Source of the DNA: Isurus oxyrinchus
Lineage: Eukaryota
Length of the DNA: 64,000 nucleotides
Assembly (NCBI GenBank): GCA_026770705.1
Contig: JANJGN010000052.1
Coordinates: forward strand, 3,410,001-3,474,000
Direction: 5' to 3'
Part shown: in pieces, positions 38,301-51,000 of the stretch
Numbering within the stretch: the first letter of the stretch is position 1
Layout of the letters: every line of letters begins with the position of its first letter
Position numbers and translations under genes: made by a program
The notes under the pieces: model-generated
What the model was told of the DNA's origin: nothing
What the model saw: the letters and a program-made list of their open reading frames with translations, nothing else
The model's database searches: none

Positions 38301-41300
38301 GGAGTAATGTCATATAGTTTGTCTTTCCTAGTTTAATAAATGTTTTATTCTTTTGTTAGACGTTCATCAGATGACTCCTGTGACTCTGTTCAGTAGCTGC
38401 ACTCCACATTCCTAAATAAAAAATAAAAGTTAGGACCTATCAAGCTGAGCTCCACCCTGGGATCTGACTTGCCCAGTAGTAACATCAGCTGGGATGATAA
38501 CACCATCCAGTCCAAGTTTCACTTTGGCCTGTGAGCAGAACACAGCTCACACAGTTTGGCTGCAGGTGTCTCCCAGCTTTCTATCCTTGTATATCTGTTC
38601 TCATGTCCCTGTTCTAAATAACTGAACCCACAATGTATTTACCCAATGCCGTATCAGTGGCTGGTGCCTTTATATCATTATAAAAACATAACATGGTGAT
38701 CAGTGGTGGCCAAACATTCTGGCAGCAAAATTCAGTACAGGTATGACGTGGTGAACAGCCTGAGATCGAGCTACATGACATGAGACGACCCTCGACGCTT
38801 TGGTCAGACCACAACAGAGACACAGCATCAGAGAGGGTTGAAATCGCAGTGTACTGACTGCTCAGGAAACCTTTGAAGACACAGTGACAGGAAAGAGCTC
38901 AAGTAAAGAGCTGGGGAGCAGACGGATCCCTCGTGGTGAGATTACAGCACACGGCCTGTAGGTCAGTGAGTGGGACAGTGTGTATCGCCAGGACCAGCAG
39001 CGGGTTAGCTCAGTCAGGGAAGGCGAGTGACCAGGGTGTGGGCTGGATCGATAGTGAGCGAGGGAGAGTCAAACACACAAAAACCATTATAAAAATCAGC
39101 CCAGAGAAGTTAGTGATTATAACGGGCGGCTTCGAGATTGCTGAACAGCAAATTGAATTAAAAACAAAGACTCCATTACTCCGTGGTGTGTTCCTGCCAC
39201 AACCCGTCTTCGTGGGCGGAGCTTCGGAAAAGCGCACGAAAGGGGCTAAAGCGACACTCATCCCAGGTCCTGTAGGAGAAGGAAGGTCAAAGGAATATTG
39301 TCAGAATGTCCACGAAATTCCCCAGTTTGAACTGGGATGTAGCTGACCGACTATCTGAATTCAGAATGTTTAAACAGCGTACTGAGCTCTGGTTTCCTGA
39401 TTCAGGTGTGACTGAACCAGACGAGCAAGCCATAAAAATTCACCTCGTGATTGGGAATGAAGGTCTACACAGGCTGAACACGTCAGGATTAACAGCAGAA
39501 GAGTGAAAGGATTCCCAATAGATATGGACGATATTGGAAGACAGGTTCAGAATCAGGTGAAACTCCATATTCATCAACTAGAGTTTATGTCATTTCATCA
39601 GCCTACACAATCCATAGACCACTTCATCAGCCGATGTAGAGAAAAGGGTACGCACTGTGGTTTCAAACACAGAGACTGCAGACAGAGTTGTTGAGTTGGT
39701 GATCGCATCCACTCCCATGGATGCCTTCCAGAAAGCTCTGCTAGATAACACCAAAACCTATAGCATTGAAGAGCTACTCAAGGATGGACATAAATACAAA
39801 GGGATCCTCACAGGTCAACGAAGATTACAGGTCCTCTGTACAACATCAATTGTTGACACACTCACTAGAACATCCAAACCTAGTGAGATGTGTGGAAGGT
39901 GTGGCCTTCTGCAGGCACCAAGGAAATGCCCAGCTTTCCATGAATCCTGCAAGGCTTGTGGCAGAAAGGGCCATTGACAGCGGCAGGGCACTAGAGCAAA
40001 GGCTGATGCAGCTACAAAGAGCCGTGCGCTGATCCAAAATAACCCTACACAGTGGGGAAACTTCAAGCAATAAGAATGACCATCCGCTATCCCATCAGGA
40101 ACATATACATGTGGTGACTGGCAAACCAGGAAATGGCGATGATGTGCACGATGAGACGAGGAGCGGTGATCAATATTCCACCTCTCACACATATCCTGAC
40201 GTGGCTTGCCAATAAATTGTGGATTGTTGTCCTTAATGATCTCTCTGAGCACATCAAATGAACTGAAAATGTCCCATAGGGGTGGGATTTTCTGGCCGCA
40301 CCCACTGCCAGGATTGTCCGGACCAGCCGAAAGCCATTGGATTTATATTTGTCCCAATCTCCCAAGGCAGGTCCTACCATGACCAGGCCAGAAAACCCCA
40401 GCCTGGAGTTTGTGCAGCACTTGTGCTCAACGTATTGTGCAATTGTTGAACAATTTCACACCTTTTACACCATCAATCTCATGGAGAACAGATGCTGTCA
40501 TATCACCTGCACTATTGACCAAGATTCCAATTATCTGCCCTGAGAAAGTTGCTACCTCCCCTTTATTGGCCAAGATTGACACAGGGGCAAGTGCCAACAT
40601 TCCCCTCCCCCAGCCCACCCCAGCAAATTTTCAAAGACATGTATCCAAGGATATGGAAGTCCATGGGGAAACCTACTGCTGTGTACAACACTTCACCAAC
40701 TCCATGTGCAGAATCCATAGTCCTGGAGTGCAAGTACAATCAATCCTCCTGGGTGTCACAGATGTTCTACATTGTGGAGACTAAACGCTGAGCAATTACA
40801 ATCTACCGGCATGCGGTGACCTCACACTAGTGACTATCCATGGAATCTGTCAGACCTCACATGGGTCAACCTCAGAAACTACCCCATCACCTCAGTTCAT
40901 GCCATAACATTGAAATATGCAGAAAGTTTCAACAGTATTGGCAGTTTCAAGGTAGCTGCAACATTACACCTGCAGGAGAATGCAAGTCTGTCAATTGATC
41001 CAGTACATTTAGCACAACAGAAATGACAGCAGCTACAAGAGGGAACAGTGTAAAATTCTACAGGAACTGTGGAAATATCATTGAAGGGTGGCCTGATTCA
41101 ATTTGACCTGATCGGCATAAGCGAGGCATCTCCCAGGGAACTATTTTTAAAGGCAGGCAGGGCATCATACCGGAACATTTGTGATCCTATATTCTTCAAC
41201 AACTTCATCCCTCACACATGGACACAGATCAGACAAGGAGACTCACAAGAGATACAGTCACTGGCCGGGTATGAACAATTAGCTTGAAGTCATTTGTAGG

Positions 41301-43603
41301 GAAGTACAAGGCTTGTCAAGAGGCTTGTCAAAGAACCACTGATTCCACAGGAAATTCCTGCCCATTCTTAGTCCAAAATCTGAATCCTTTCATGTCCATG
41401 TCACTGACTTCATCGTCATTGTTGACAGCTTTACCAGATATCCCGTTATTCAAAAATAGCACAACACACCAAGCACAACTTCTGCACACACTCGAAGCAC
41501 TATTTTCAGTTTCTTTGGTGAACCTAGGGACATGATTACAGATAATCTGGAATATCAATCACACTACTTCTTCTCCTCATTACCCCAGATCTAACAGCCT
41601 AGCTGAATGAATGATTCACACAGTGAAATCCCTAATTCTCAAATGTAGACAGGCCAAGCAAGATCCACACATTGCAATGTTACATCTGAGATCAACACCT
41701 ACAACTGCAACTTTGTTAAATTCATTCATGGGATGTGGGAGTCACTGGCCAGGCCAGGATTTATTACCCATCCCTAATGTAAGAGTCAACCACATTGACG
41801 TGGAGTCTGGAGTCACATGTCTGCCAGATAATTTTGTTCCCTAAAGGGCACTGGTGAGCCAGGTGGGATTTCTAACAATGGTTTTGTGGTCATCACTAGA
41901 CTTTGAATTTCATCTTTTTATTAAATTCAAATTCCATCATCTATTATGGCCGGATTTGAACCCATATTCTCAGGACATTACCCTGGGTCTCTGAATTACT
42001 CGTCCAGCAACAATACCACTACACCATCACCTCACCTTATTCCATCACTGACAGAGATCATGTTTGGTGTGCCAGTAGTGACCAATTTCGCTACTCTTAC
42101 CCATTCTACTCTCTCAGAAACCAGAGGGCAACTTTTAAAACTACAAGAGAAGATAAGGAATGTTCATGATAAAAATGGAGGTGCAGAGTTGCCAAGTTTA
42201 CAGTTGGGACAAGTTCACATCCAGGATCCCACAGAAGGTTCATGACCACCAGCCGAGGTGACAAGGAATTGTTCAGAACCAAGGGCCTATGGAGTCAAAC
42301 ACACAAGGGCACAGCGGTGAGGTGGAACCGAGGATAACTCAGATCCATTCCCGCTCCTATTCTATCGAGGAGCAGATCCCACGTGAAATCAGGATCACCA
42401 TCCAAGGGTGACAATCCCACAGATCACGGTGAGCAGTTAAAGACACCTCCAGACAAGGTAACCAGCACAAGATCTGGGTGTACCAGAAGGTTAAATCCAC
42501 ACTTGAGAGACTCAAATATTCAACAGTTCCATGCACTTATGTAATTGTCAATAAATATGAACATGATATGAGAAACCGCTTGTTCCCTGCCCTTCTGAAA
42601 GATCCATTCCTGCAGCAGGAGCCTGAAGAGTTACTGATAAGAGATTTAATTTATCGGATTGTAGAATGATCCGGAACTGAAGGAAGCCATTTGGCCCATC
42701 GAGCCTGTGCTGGGCCTTTGAAAGATCTGTCCAATAAGTCCCACTCTAACCTCTGCTCTCTCCTCCACAGCCCTGCAAAATGTCCCCTTCAAGTATTTAT
42801 CCAGTTCCCCTTCTGAAAGTTCCTGTTGAATCTGCTTCCACCGCCCTTGCAGGCAGTGAGTCAATGGTCTCTCTCTGAGCTGCAAAGTGATAAGTTTCAA
42901 TGAAATATAAACTCTGCAGCAGATCAGAAACAATCATGATAACTCAGAATATTTGACAGTTTTACATACAGACAGCTTTGCCTCCCTTCTCTCTATCAGT
43001 TATCTTGCTATCTTATCGAATTTTCTAGCATGGTGAGAAGGGACAGGAAGTGTGACGCTGAACTGCCTGTCTAATCTAAGAGCTTCTGTGTTGTCTTCAT
43101 GGGAAATTCTGATGAAAATCAGCAAGAGAGAAACATTTCAGGGCATTGATATCGGAGTGCTTGCATCAGGATAGACTTTATCCCCCAGTTTTTATCCCTG
43201 CTTCTCTATTCAGCCGATCGCTCCCCTGTCACTCGCTGACCTGCACTGGCTCCCAGTCCAGCAATAACTCAATTTTCAAAATCTCTTCATTGATTCCTTA
43301 TCCCTCCATCCTCCCTCTCCACTCCCTATCACTGTCACCTCCTCCAGCCCTGAAACCCTTTGAGGTCTCTGCTGTCCTGCAGTTCTGCTGTCAGACAGGG
43401 AGTCAGTGTATATCAGTGAGCACAGGGGTGATGGGTGAATGGGACTTGGTGTGAGTTTGTACACTGGCTCACTGCTGAATCGGTTCCCTATCAGAGCTCA
43501 GTAAGAATGTTCTTTTACAAAGACTATTCACCATAAGTCTGTCCAAGCTGACGATGTTATTACCTTGGAGAAGTGACAGGAGGAAGTAAGATTTCCCGAC
43601 CAT
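26227..43603 (-). CDS. Unit C: complete inhibitory-type Siglec-like receptor gene, L-V(Arg-)-V(Arg+)-C2-Ig-TM-cyt(ITIM)
   Basis: join(43564-43603, 36209-36586, 32668-33033, 31633-31929, 30607-30888, 29246-29342, 28457-28541, 27841-27945, 26227-26343); all GT-AG, phase-compatible, no internal stops seen. Confidence 0.8.
26440..27710. repeat. 24-bp minisatellite TTGATTATTGATTCTGAACGGGGT, ~53 copies (intronic)
   Basis: Visible tandem array; gives the spurious 418-aa GLIIDSER ORF. Confidence 0.97.
27841..27945 (-). CDS. Cytoplasmic exon with VYEN motif
   Basis: tctctattacag|AAG...CAG|gtgagt, 105 nt, phase 0-0; KRGKGKAGIKSNHRVDEHRSPVYENCERGWALRNQ. Confidence 0.85.
28457..28541 (-). CDS. Candidate first cytoplasmic exon (85 nt, phase 2-0)
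   Basis: Reads (K)GSSTGRGHSAQAERVGSSSPGKQSDRSW and bridges the TM exon (phase 2) to the VYEN exon (phase 0); an alternative phase 2-0 candidate exists at 28667-28766. Confidence 0.55.
29246..29342 (-). CDS. Transmembrane exon, uncharged core (unit C)
   Basis: ttttacag|GG CGA...AGA AA|gtaagt; RRDSNEWKAGLLGAGICLSVGLSGFFIFKCVRK. Confidence 0.9.
29520..30510 (+). mobile_element. Decayed non-LTR retrotransposon fragments
   Basis: Degenerate RT-like remnants (..QVRSVME, SAAPTTLKKLD, WNSLP); paralogue at 50455-51490. Family not determined. Confidence 0.6.
30607..30888 (-). CDS. Membrane-proximal C2/I-set Ig exon (unit C)
   Basis: 282 nt, phase 1-1; DAPQNLSI...VIICSVESFPASNLTW...DTGDYQCVAENEHG, CD22/MAG-like. 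Confidence 0.92.
31020..31510. repeat. 30-bp CAGTACTGAGGGAGTGCTGCACTGT minisatellite
   Basis: Visible tandem units. Confidence 0.93.
31633..31929 (-). CDS. Siglec-type domain-2 C2-set exon (unit C)
   Basis: 297 nt, phase 1-1, donor gtaaga. Confidence 0.92.
32668..33033 (-). CDS. V-set exon V3 (Arg present, extra B-C loop Cys)
   Basis: 366 nt; IPCHYSYPSCLENQPRVGVWFHNEERRTLSIAF...DAGPYFFRIEF. Confidence 0.93.
33090..33885 (+). mobile_element. CR1 LINE 3' fragment
   Basis: YYLNGERLQNAVQRDLGVLVHESQK, WNSLPQRAVEA; paralogue at 60250-61080. Confidence 0.85.
34500..34975. repeat. Degenerate ~38-bp purine-rich tandem (GGAGGAGGTTACAGAGATAGGGAGGGTTGTAGGGACT)
   Basis: Visible units; longer array at 61160-62150. 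Confidence 0.8.
34990..35990 (-). mobile_element. L2-clade LINE reverse transcriptase fragment
   Basis: ORF 35554-35988 RPISSLSFPSKVLE...ETALIKVTNGIL...LVLLDLSAAFDTLDH. Confidence 0.85.
36209..36586 (-). CDS. V-set exon V4 (essential Arg replaced by Thr; basic C-C' loop)
   Basis: 378 nt; VGIWKMRRYIRNKWSKWSIAF...DAGPYFFTIKFGNRPSQNVSP. Confidence 0.93.
37211..38502 (+). mobile_element. Putative LTR, copy 2
   Basis: Paralogue of 870-2180. Confidence 0.45.
39306..42360 (+). mobile_element. Degenerate Ty3/Gypsy-type retrotransposon internal region, copy 2
   Basis: gag zinc knuckle (39657-39977), aspartic protease motif AKIDTGASANI (~40560-40600), integrase-like remnant SPHYPRSNSLAE*MIHTVKSLILKC (~41570-41650). 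Confidence 0.8.
43564..43603 (-). CDS. Signal-peptide exon MVGKSYFLLSLLQ (unit C)
   Basis: ATG at 43603, donor gtaata at 43563. Confidence 0.85.
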
Positions 43604-45671
43604 TGTCCACTCCCAGATATTCCTTTAGCTTCTGACTCTTAAACTGTGAAAGAGAAAGGAGTTAATGAATCCTCACCTCCTGTCCGACAGCTCTCGAGAG
43701 ATCAGAACTGCTTTTAGACAATGTCTTCAAAGACTAATTTGGTTCTCTGTGGGATGATAGGTGCTCTGCAGAGAGTTAAAAAGCTTTAAAAAAATAAATC
43801 AATGAAGGACTTGCATTTCTATAGCACCTTTCACCACCTCAGGATGTCCCAAAGCTCATGTCCCTGCTCTTCCCTCATCCTTTGAGCTAGAAAGATGTTC
43901 TGTACAACAGACCTGAGCCTCACACCCTGAACTCAATAATCAATAGAAATCTTTCGAAGGCATCAATCATTGGAATCTGTCTTTATAAAGTCACATCATC
44001 AACAAAGGACGGTGTTGGTGGTGGAAGTGAATTCCAATCGTTCCGTTACTTACCCAGTACCTGTCCGACTGCTCGCCTGGGGAGGAACTGCCCACACACT
44101 CTGATTGAGCTGAATGACCTCTTCCTGTGCTGCTCCCTCTGTGTGTTTAATGAGAAAGGGTGGATGTGTCACTTTGAGACAAAATGAGGAAGTTGGATCA
44201 AAGTGACAGAGCAGCTCATGTTTTGAGATGTTGGTGAACTGTTAACCCTTTGTGTCCTGACCCTGTGGTGATATTTTTGCTCACAGGTGGACAGTCATTG
44301 ACCAGGAATTTCTCCTGTGGGTCAGTGGGTTTCACAGCCAAATTCAGGGGGACAGAACGTTGTGGGGTTCAAGACCCCATTCAGGGGACGTCTGCCCCAC
44401 AGTGTAGACTGAAACTCCCCAGTGTCGGTACTGAGCAATTGCTGCACTGTCGGATGGTCATTACTGAGCGCGTGTTGCACTATTGTAAGGTCAGTACTGA
44501 GGGAGATCTCCACTGTTTGAGGGTCAGTACTGAGGGAGTGCTGCACTGTCAGAGGGACATTAATCAGGGAGTGCTGCAATGTTGGAGGATCAGTACTGAG
44601 GGAGTGCTGCACTGTTGGAGGGTCAGTATTAAGGTGCTGATTTACAAGACAGGACAATGGATTAGGAGCCCTCAGAACTCCCCCCATTATCACCGTCATG
44701 AATCACTAATTAGCCTAACATTCCTGTCTGCTCTTCAACACGGCTGATTGGCTAATCTGATTCAATCTGATTGGTGCACTTTGTATGTTCATTGTCTAAG
44801 GAATCTCTTTGGATCCTCATTGTCTAAGGAATCTCTTTGAATCCTCATTGTTTAAGGAATTTCTTTGGATCCTCATTGTCTAAGGGATTATTTCTGATCC
44901 AAACCCCATATTGTTGTATTGTTGATTCCGATGCAGCATTGTAGACTGACTTGTCCCCAAGCTCAGCACTGACCCTACTCCAGCAGACACTGTGAAACAC
45001 ACTAACACAGTGCCTCTAGCCTGAGCTCTGCATGTGTCAAGAGCAAAGACAAATATGCAAACTGAATATTGACACCTTTACACACGGACAGCTTTACCTT
45101 CCTTCTCTCTTTCAGTTATCTTGCTCCCTTATTGAAGTATCTAGCATGGTGAGAATGGACAGGAAGTGTGACACTGAACAGCCTGTCTATTCTAGGAGCT
45201 GCTGTGTTGTCTTCATGGGAAATTCTGATTAAAATCAGCAAAAGACACAAATTTCATTCCTTTGCTATCGGAGTCCAAGCATCAGGATAGACTTCATCCC
45301 CCAGTATTTATCACTGTTTCTCAACTCAACACCTCACACCCTCCGCCACTCGCTGACCTGCACTGGCTCCCAGTCCAGCAGAGCCTCGAGTTTAAGACTC
45401 TCATCCTCAATTTCCATTCCCTCCATTCCTCTTCTCCAATCACTTTCTCCTCCAACCATGCAAACCTCAAAGTCCTCTGCTATCCTCCAATTCTGCTGTC
45501 AGACAGGGAGTCAGTGTATATCAGTGAGCACAGGGGTGATTGTTGAATGGGACTTGGTGTGAGATTGTACACTGGCTCACTGCTGAATCTGTTACCAGTC
45601 ACAGCTCAATAAGAATGATCTTTTACAAAGACTATTCACCATAAATCTATCCGAGCTGACGATGATATTAC

Positions 45672-45711
45672 CTTGGAGAAGTGACAGGAGGAAGTAAGAT
45701 TTCCTGATCAT
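45672..45711 (-). CDS. Extra signal-peptide exon MIRKSYFLLSLLQ
   Basis: ATG at 45711, donor at 45671; paralogue of 23400-23439. Confidence 0.7.
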
Positions 45712-47980
45712 TGTCAACTCCCAGATATTTCATTGGTTCTCAAGCTGTGAAAGAGAAATGAGTTAACGAGACCTCACCTCTTGTCCGACACCTCTCGAGA
45801 GATCAGAACCACTTTTAGACAATGTCTTCACAGAATAATTTCATTCTCTGTGGGATGATAGTTGCTCTGCAGAGAGTTACAAGGCTTTAAGAAAGTAAAA
45901 CAATGAAGGAGTTGCATTTCTATGTCGCCTTTCACCTGCTCAGGACATCCCAAAGCTCATGTCCCTGCTCTTCCCTCATCCCTTGAGCTAGAAAGATGTT
46001 CTGTACAACAGACTTGAGCCTCACACCCAGATCTCAATAATCAGTAGAAATCTTTCAAAGGCATCAATCATTGGAATCTGTCTTTATAAAGTCACAACAT
46101 CAACAAAGGACGGTGTTGGTCGTGGAAGTGAATTCCAATCGTTCCGTTACTTACCCAGGACCTGTCCGACTGCTCGCCTGGGGAGGAAGTGCCCACACGC
46201 TCTGCTTGGGCTGAATGACCTCTTCCTGTGCTGCTCCCTCTGTGTGTTTAATTAGAAAGGGTTGATGTGTCACTGTGAGACAAAATGAGGAAGTGGTTAG
46301 TACCAAGTTAGAAAGCATCTCTTTGCCTCGCACAGTTAGAAAACTGTTAACCCTTTGTGTGCCAAGAATGTGGCTGAAGGGCCATCGACTGTTCACATGC
46401 TTTAAGCTCGAGGTGGTTGAACGGGCCTCCTCCTGTTCCTGTGTAACAGGCTCGAGGGGCTGAATGGGCCTCCTCCTGTTCCTGTGTAACAGGCTTGAGG
46501 GGCTGAAAGGCCTCCTCCTTTTCCTGTATAACAGGCTCATGGGGCTGAATGGCCTCCTCCTGTTCCTGTGTAACAGGCTCGAGGGGGCTGAATGGCCTCC
46601 TCCTGTTCCTGTGTAACAGGGTCGCGGGGCTGAATGTCCTCCTCTCATTAAAAATAAATACTGCAGATGTTGTAAATCTTCAATAAAAATGAAAAATGTT
46701 GCCTTAACTCAGCAGGTCTGGCAGCAGCTGTGGAGAGAGAAACAGAGTTTTTGCTTATAGACTCTGAAGAAGGGTCATACGGACTCGAAATGTTAATTCT
46801 GTTTATCTCTCCTCAGATGCTGCCAGACCTACTCAGTTTCTCCAGCATTTTCTGTTTTTATTTCAGGTGCTCTCTTGTTCCTGTGTAGCAGGTTCGAGGG
46901 GGCTGAATGGCCTCCTCCTGTTCCTATTCAATGGGCAGTCAAAGTATGCATCTGATTTTGGACCTCAAACCCAATTCTCTCCTCAGGACATTGACAGATG
47001 GAGAGACCAGTTACAGATCAATGCAGGAGGATTATTTATTTTCCCAATCTTTTATCCAAGAATGTCATCAAACATAGAGCAGAACCAGGATCAAGGATGT
47101 TGGTCTCTGTGATCTGAAACACATCGCACAGTCCACCCATCCACTCAGCCTTCAGAATGGATGCTAATTGTACTCTCCAAGTGTGAAAGACTAAAATTGA
47201 GGTTTATTGCAGCTATATCTCATTCTGTTATCAAAGCTGTCTCATCCATCCATGAACTTCTGAAGAAGGTAAACCTGCAACCAATTTTTCACATCATAAT
47301 TTCCAATGTTCACTGGCAACATCAATGTAAACATGTCACGCTGAAATGATGTCCTCCTACCAGTGGTGGCACTGTAGCACATCTGTTCTCCTCTGAGCTG
47401 CAGAGAATTTCTCAAACCTCCAAACAAATTGTTTCCCTGTTTCCCAGATTGCTGTTAGTTTTGCTGATAACGATGAAGTGTAAAATCCAAATATATATCT
47501 GAAAATACATTTGATTACAAAATGCTGAGTAAATTTTGCCTATCTCCTCTGCTCCAATTATCCACCGATCCTGCATTTCCTGAAGTCTACACTGGCTGAT
47601 GAATATTCTGTAAACACTGACTGACAGGAAGGTGAATAACAGAATGAAAATTAACTCATAATCATGGACACGGGATTGAATTTGTCCGTTCTGTCCTGGT
47701 ACATCATCGAACGATATCCAAAGACATTTACAATCAGAATGGAGAGAAGGATGTTTCCAACAGGGAGGGACAATTCTGAAGGAGGATGTTCGAATTGAAA
47801 CCCACAGACAATCATCCTGGATAGATCATTCCGAAGAAATTCCATCAGATTGTAACAAGAGGTTTAAATCTATTTCCTGGGAGTGAGTTCCTGTGGATAT
47901 TAGGAAGGTAAGTTAGAGTTTTGAATGATTCTCCCGTTCTGTATTCTCCCTACACTGTGTGTGTCTCATTCTTGCTCAGT

Positions 47981-48097
47981 TTATAAATTCCCATAAACAG
48001 AATCCTTGGCAAATTCACAGTTTGCGTAAAGATCATCATCTGTATCAGGATTGACTCCGCGGTTAGATTTCATTTCCAGATCCTTCTCATCTTTCTT
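47981..48097 (-). CDS. Last cytoplasmic exon (unit D), ...DDDLYANCEFAKDSVYGNL*
   Basis: Paralogue of 26227-26343, intact. Confidence 0.88.
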   Translation of the reverse strand, partial: KKDEKDLEMKSNRGVNPDTDDDLYANCEFAKDSVYGNL

Positions 48098-51000
48098 CTG
48101 TAATAGAAACAGAAATGATCAGAGTGACAATCAGAGTGATCAGTGTTTAGTATTATTGATCCAAATCGAAAATTCCACCCACAATGGATACATTAATTAT
48201 TGATACTGAACAGGGTTTGATTATTGATACTGAACGGGGTTTGATTATTGATTCTGAACGGGGTTTGATTATTGATTCTGAACGGGATTTGATTATTGAT
48301 ACTGAACGAGGTTTGATTATTGATTCTGAACGGGGTTTGATTATTGATTCTGAACGGGGTTTGATAATTGATTCTGAACGGCGTTTGATTATTGAAACTG
48401 AATGGGGATTGATTATTGATTCTGAATGGGGTTTGATTATTGATACTGAACGAGGTTTGATTATTGATTCTGAACGGTGTTTGATTATTGATACTGAACG
48501 GGGTTTGATTATTGATTCTGAACGGGGTTTGATTATTGATTCTGAACGGGGTTTGATTATTGATACTGAACGGGTTTTGATTATTGATTCTGAACGGTGT
48601 TGGGTGTGAGTTTGGTTGGGTTTGGGAGTGACTGTATAAAACATTGCATATACAGGACTGGAGCAGCCATATCAATAACCAGGCTACTGGAGCAGCTGAG
48701 AGGCTGGGGATCCTGTGGTGTGTGACTCACCTGATTCCTCAAAGCCCAACCACGCTCACAGTTTTCATAAACAGGACCTCGATATTCATCAGCATGATGG
48801 TTCGATTTGATTCCTGCTTTCCCCTCGCCTCTCTTCTGTAATAGAGATGGAAATGGACAGAGTGACAATCAACATGATGTGTATTCGGTGTTGGGTTTGA
48901 TTATTGGGGAGAGAGTTCCAGATTTCCACTCCCCTTTGTGTGAAGAAGTGCTTCCTGACATCACCCCTGAACGGCCTGGCTCCAATCTGAAGTTCCAGCC
49001 CCCTTGTTCTGGACTCCACCCGACCCCCACCACCCACCCCCACCCGAGGGAATAGCTTCTCTCTATCGACCCTATCGAGTGTTTAATCAGTTTGAACCCC
49101 TCAGTTAGATCACTCCTTAATCTTCTAGACCCGAGGGAATATAATCGTAGACTGTGTGTAACCTGTCTGCACAATTTAACCAGAAAGATGTTCCGTACAA
49201 CTGACCTGAGCCTCACACCCAGATCTCAATAATCAGTAGAAATCTTTCAAAGGCATCATCATTGGTATCTGTCTTTATAAAGTCACAACATCAACAAAGG
49301 ACGGTGTTGGTCATGGAATTCCAATCGTTCCGTTACTTACCCAGGACCTGTCCGACTGCTCGCCTGGGGAGGAACTGCCCACACGCTCTGCTTGGGCTGA
49401 ATGACCTCTTCCTGTGCTGCTCCCTCTGTGTGTTTAATGAGAAAGGGTTGATGTGTCTCTGTGAGTCAAATCAGGAATTGGGGAACAATTGTGAAAACCC
49501 TTTCACTGAAACGTAGGGCCTTAGTGTTGTGTTGTAAGCAAACTGTTAACCCTTTGTGTCCTGACTCTGTGACGTGATTCCTGTGTAAAGCTGAGCAGTC
49601 GTTGAGCGAGTTTCAATTCACTGCTCACTCCAGGTGTTGAGGTGGATCTTCTGAAGGAACAGATGTTGCTCAGCGCTCGTTTAAAATGTGTGAGACTGAA
49701 CAATGTGTAAGAGAACGAGAGAAAGAATGAGAAGGAGAGCATTAGTGGAGTTTGGAGAGAGAGTGAATGAGAGAGAGAATGAGAAGGAGAGCATTAGTGG
49801 AGGTAAGAGAGAGTGAATGAGAGAGAGAGAATGAGAAGGAGAGTATTAGTGGAGATAAGAGAGAGAGTGAATTAGACAGAGAAAATGGAAAGAGATTGCA
49901 TTCACTAACAAAAGAAATGTCTTCATTTATATGTTCCCTTTCACATCCTCAGGAAGTCACAAGGTATTTTATGGTCCAGGTCAACACTGCCAGTTACAGG
50001 ACTGAGTTGTGAAACATTGAGTGTTGGATGAGATGTGAAACAGTGAGTGAACATCAAAGCTCTTCAGGGGTTGTGGAGGGTTTTGGGTTGTGAAAGGTGC
50101 TATAGAAATGCAAGTTCTTTCTATAAGGAGCGAAGGTTGAAGAAAACATGTTCAAAGACAATTAAACCTTCACACTTACTTTCTCACACACTTGAAGATG
50201 AAGAATCCACTCAGTCCAACACTCAAACAGATTCCAGCTCCAAGCAATCCTGCTTTCCATTCATTGGAATCTCGCCCTGTAAAATCAGCCAATGAATGAC
50301 TCCGGTACAGTTTGAGAATGGTTCCCTATGTACATGTAGTAATTCTGAACTTGTGAAGTGATATTGTCTATGCATGAAAGGTCTATACAAATAACATTTA
50401 TCTATGTAATATTTATTGATAATATCCATGTACATGCAGGTTTCTATAAGGAGGATTCACATATAACAGAGGTGCCAAGCTGCTGAGGTGACACACAGGA
50501 CTACATACACACCAAACAGCGGAAACATCATGCTATAGACAGAGCAAAGCGATCCCAACGGGTCAGATCTAAGCTCTGCAGTCCTGCCACATCCAGTCAT
50601 GAATGGTGATGGACAACTAAAGATCTAACAGGAGGAGGATGTTCCACAAATATCCCCATCCTTAATGATGGGGGAGCTCAGCACATCAGTGCAAACGACA
50701 AGGCTGAAGCATTGGCAACCATGTTCAGCCAGAAGTGCTGAGTGGATGATCCATCTCGGCCTCCTCCAGAGGGTCCGAGCATCACAGATGTCAGCTTTCA
50801 GACAATTCGATTGACTCCACGTGACATCAGGAATCAGCTGATGATACTGGATACAGCAAATGCTATTGGCCCTGGCAACAACCCGGCAACAGGAAATAAT
50901 GTGGCTACAAGAGCGGGTAAGAGGCTGGGAACTCTGCGGTAAGTAACTCACCTCCTGACTCCCCAAAGCCTTTCCACCATCGACAAGGCACAAGTCAGGA

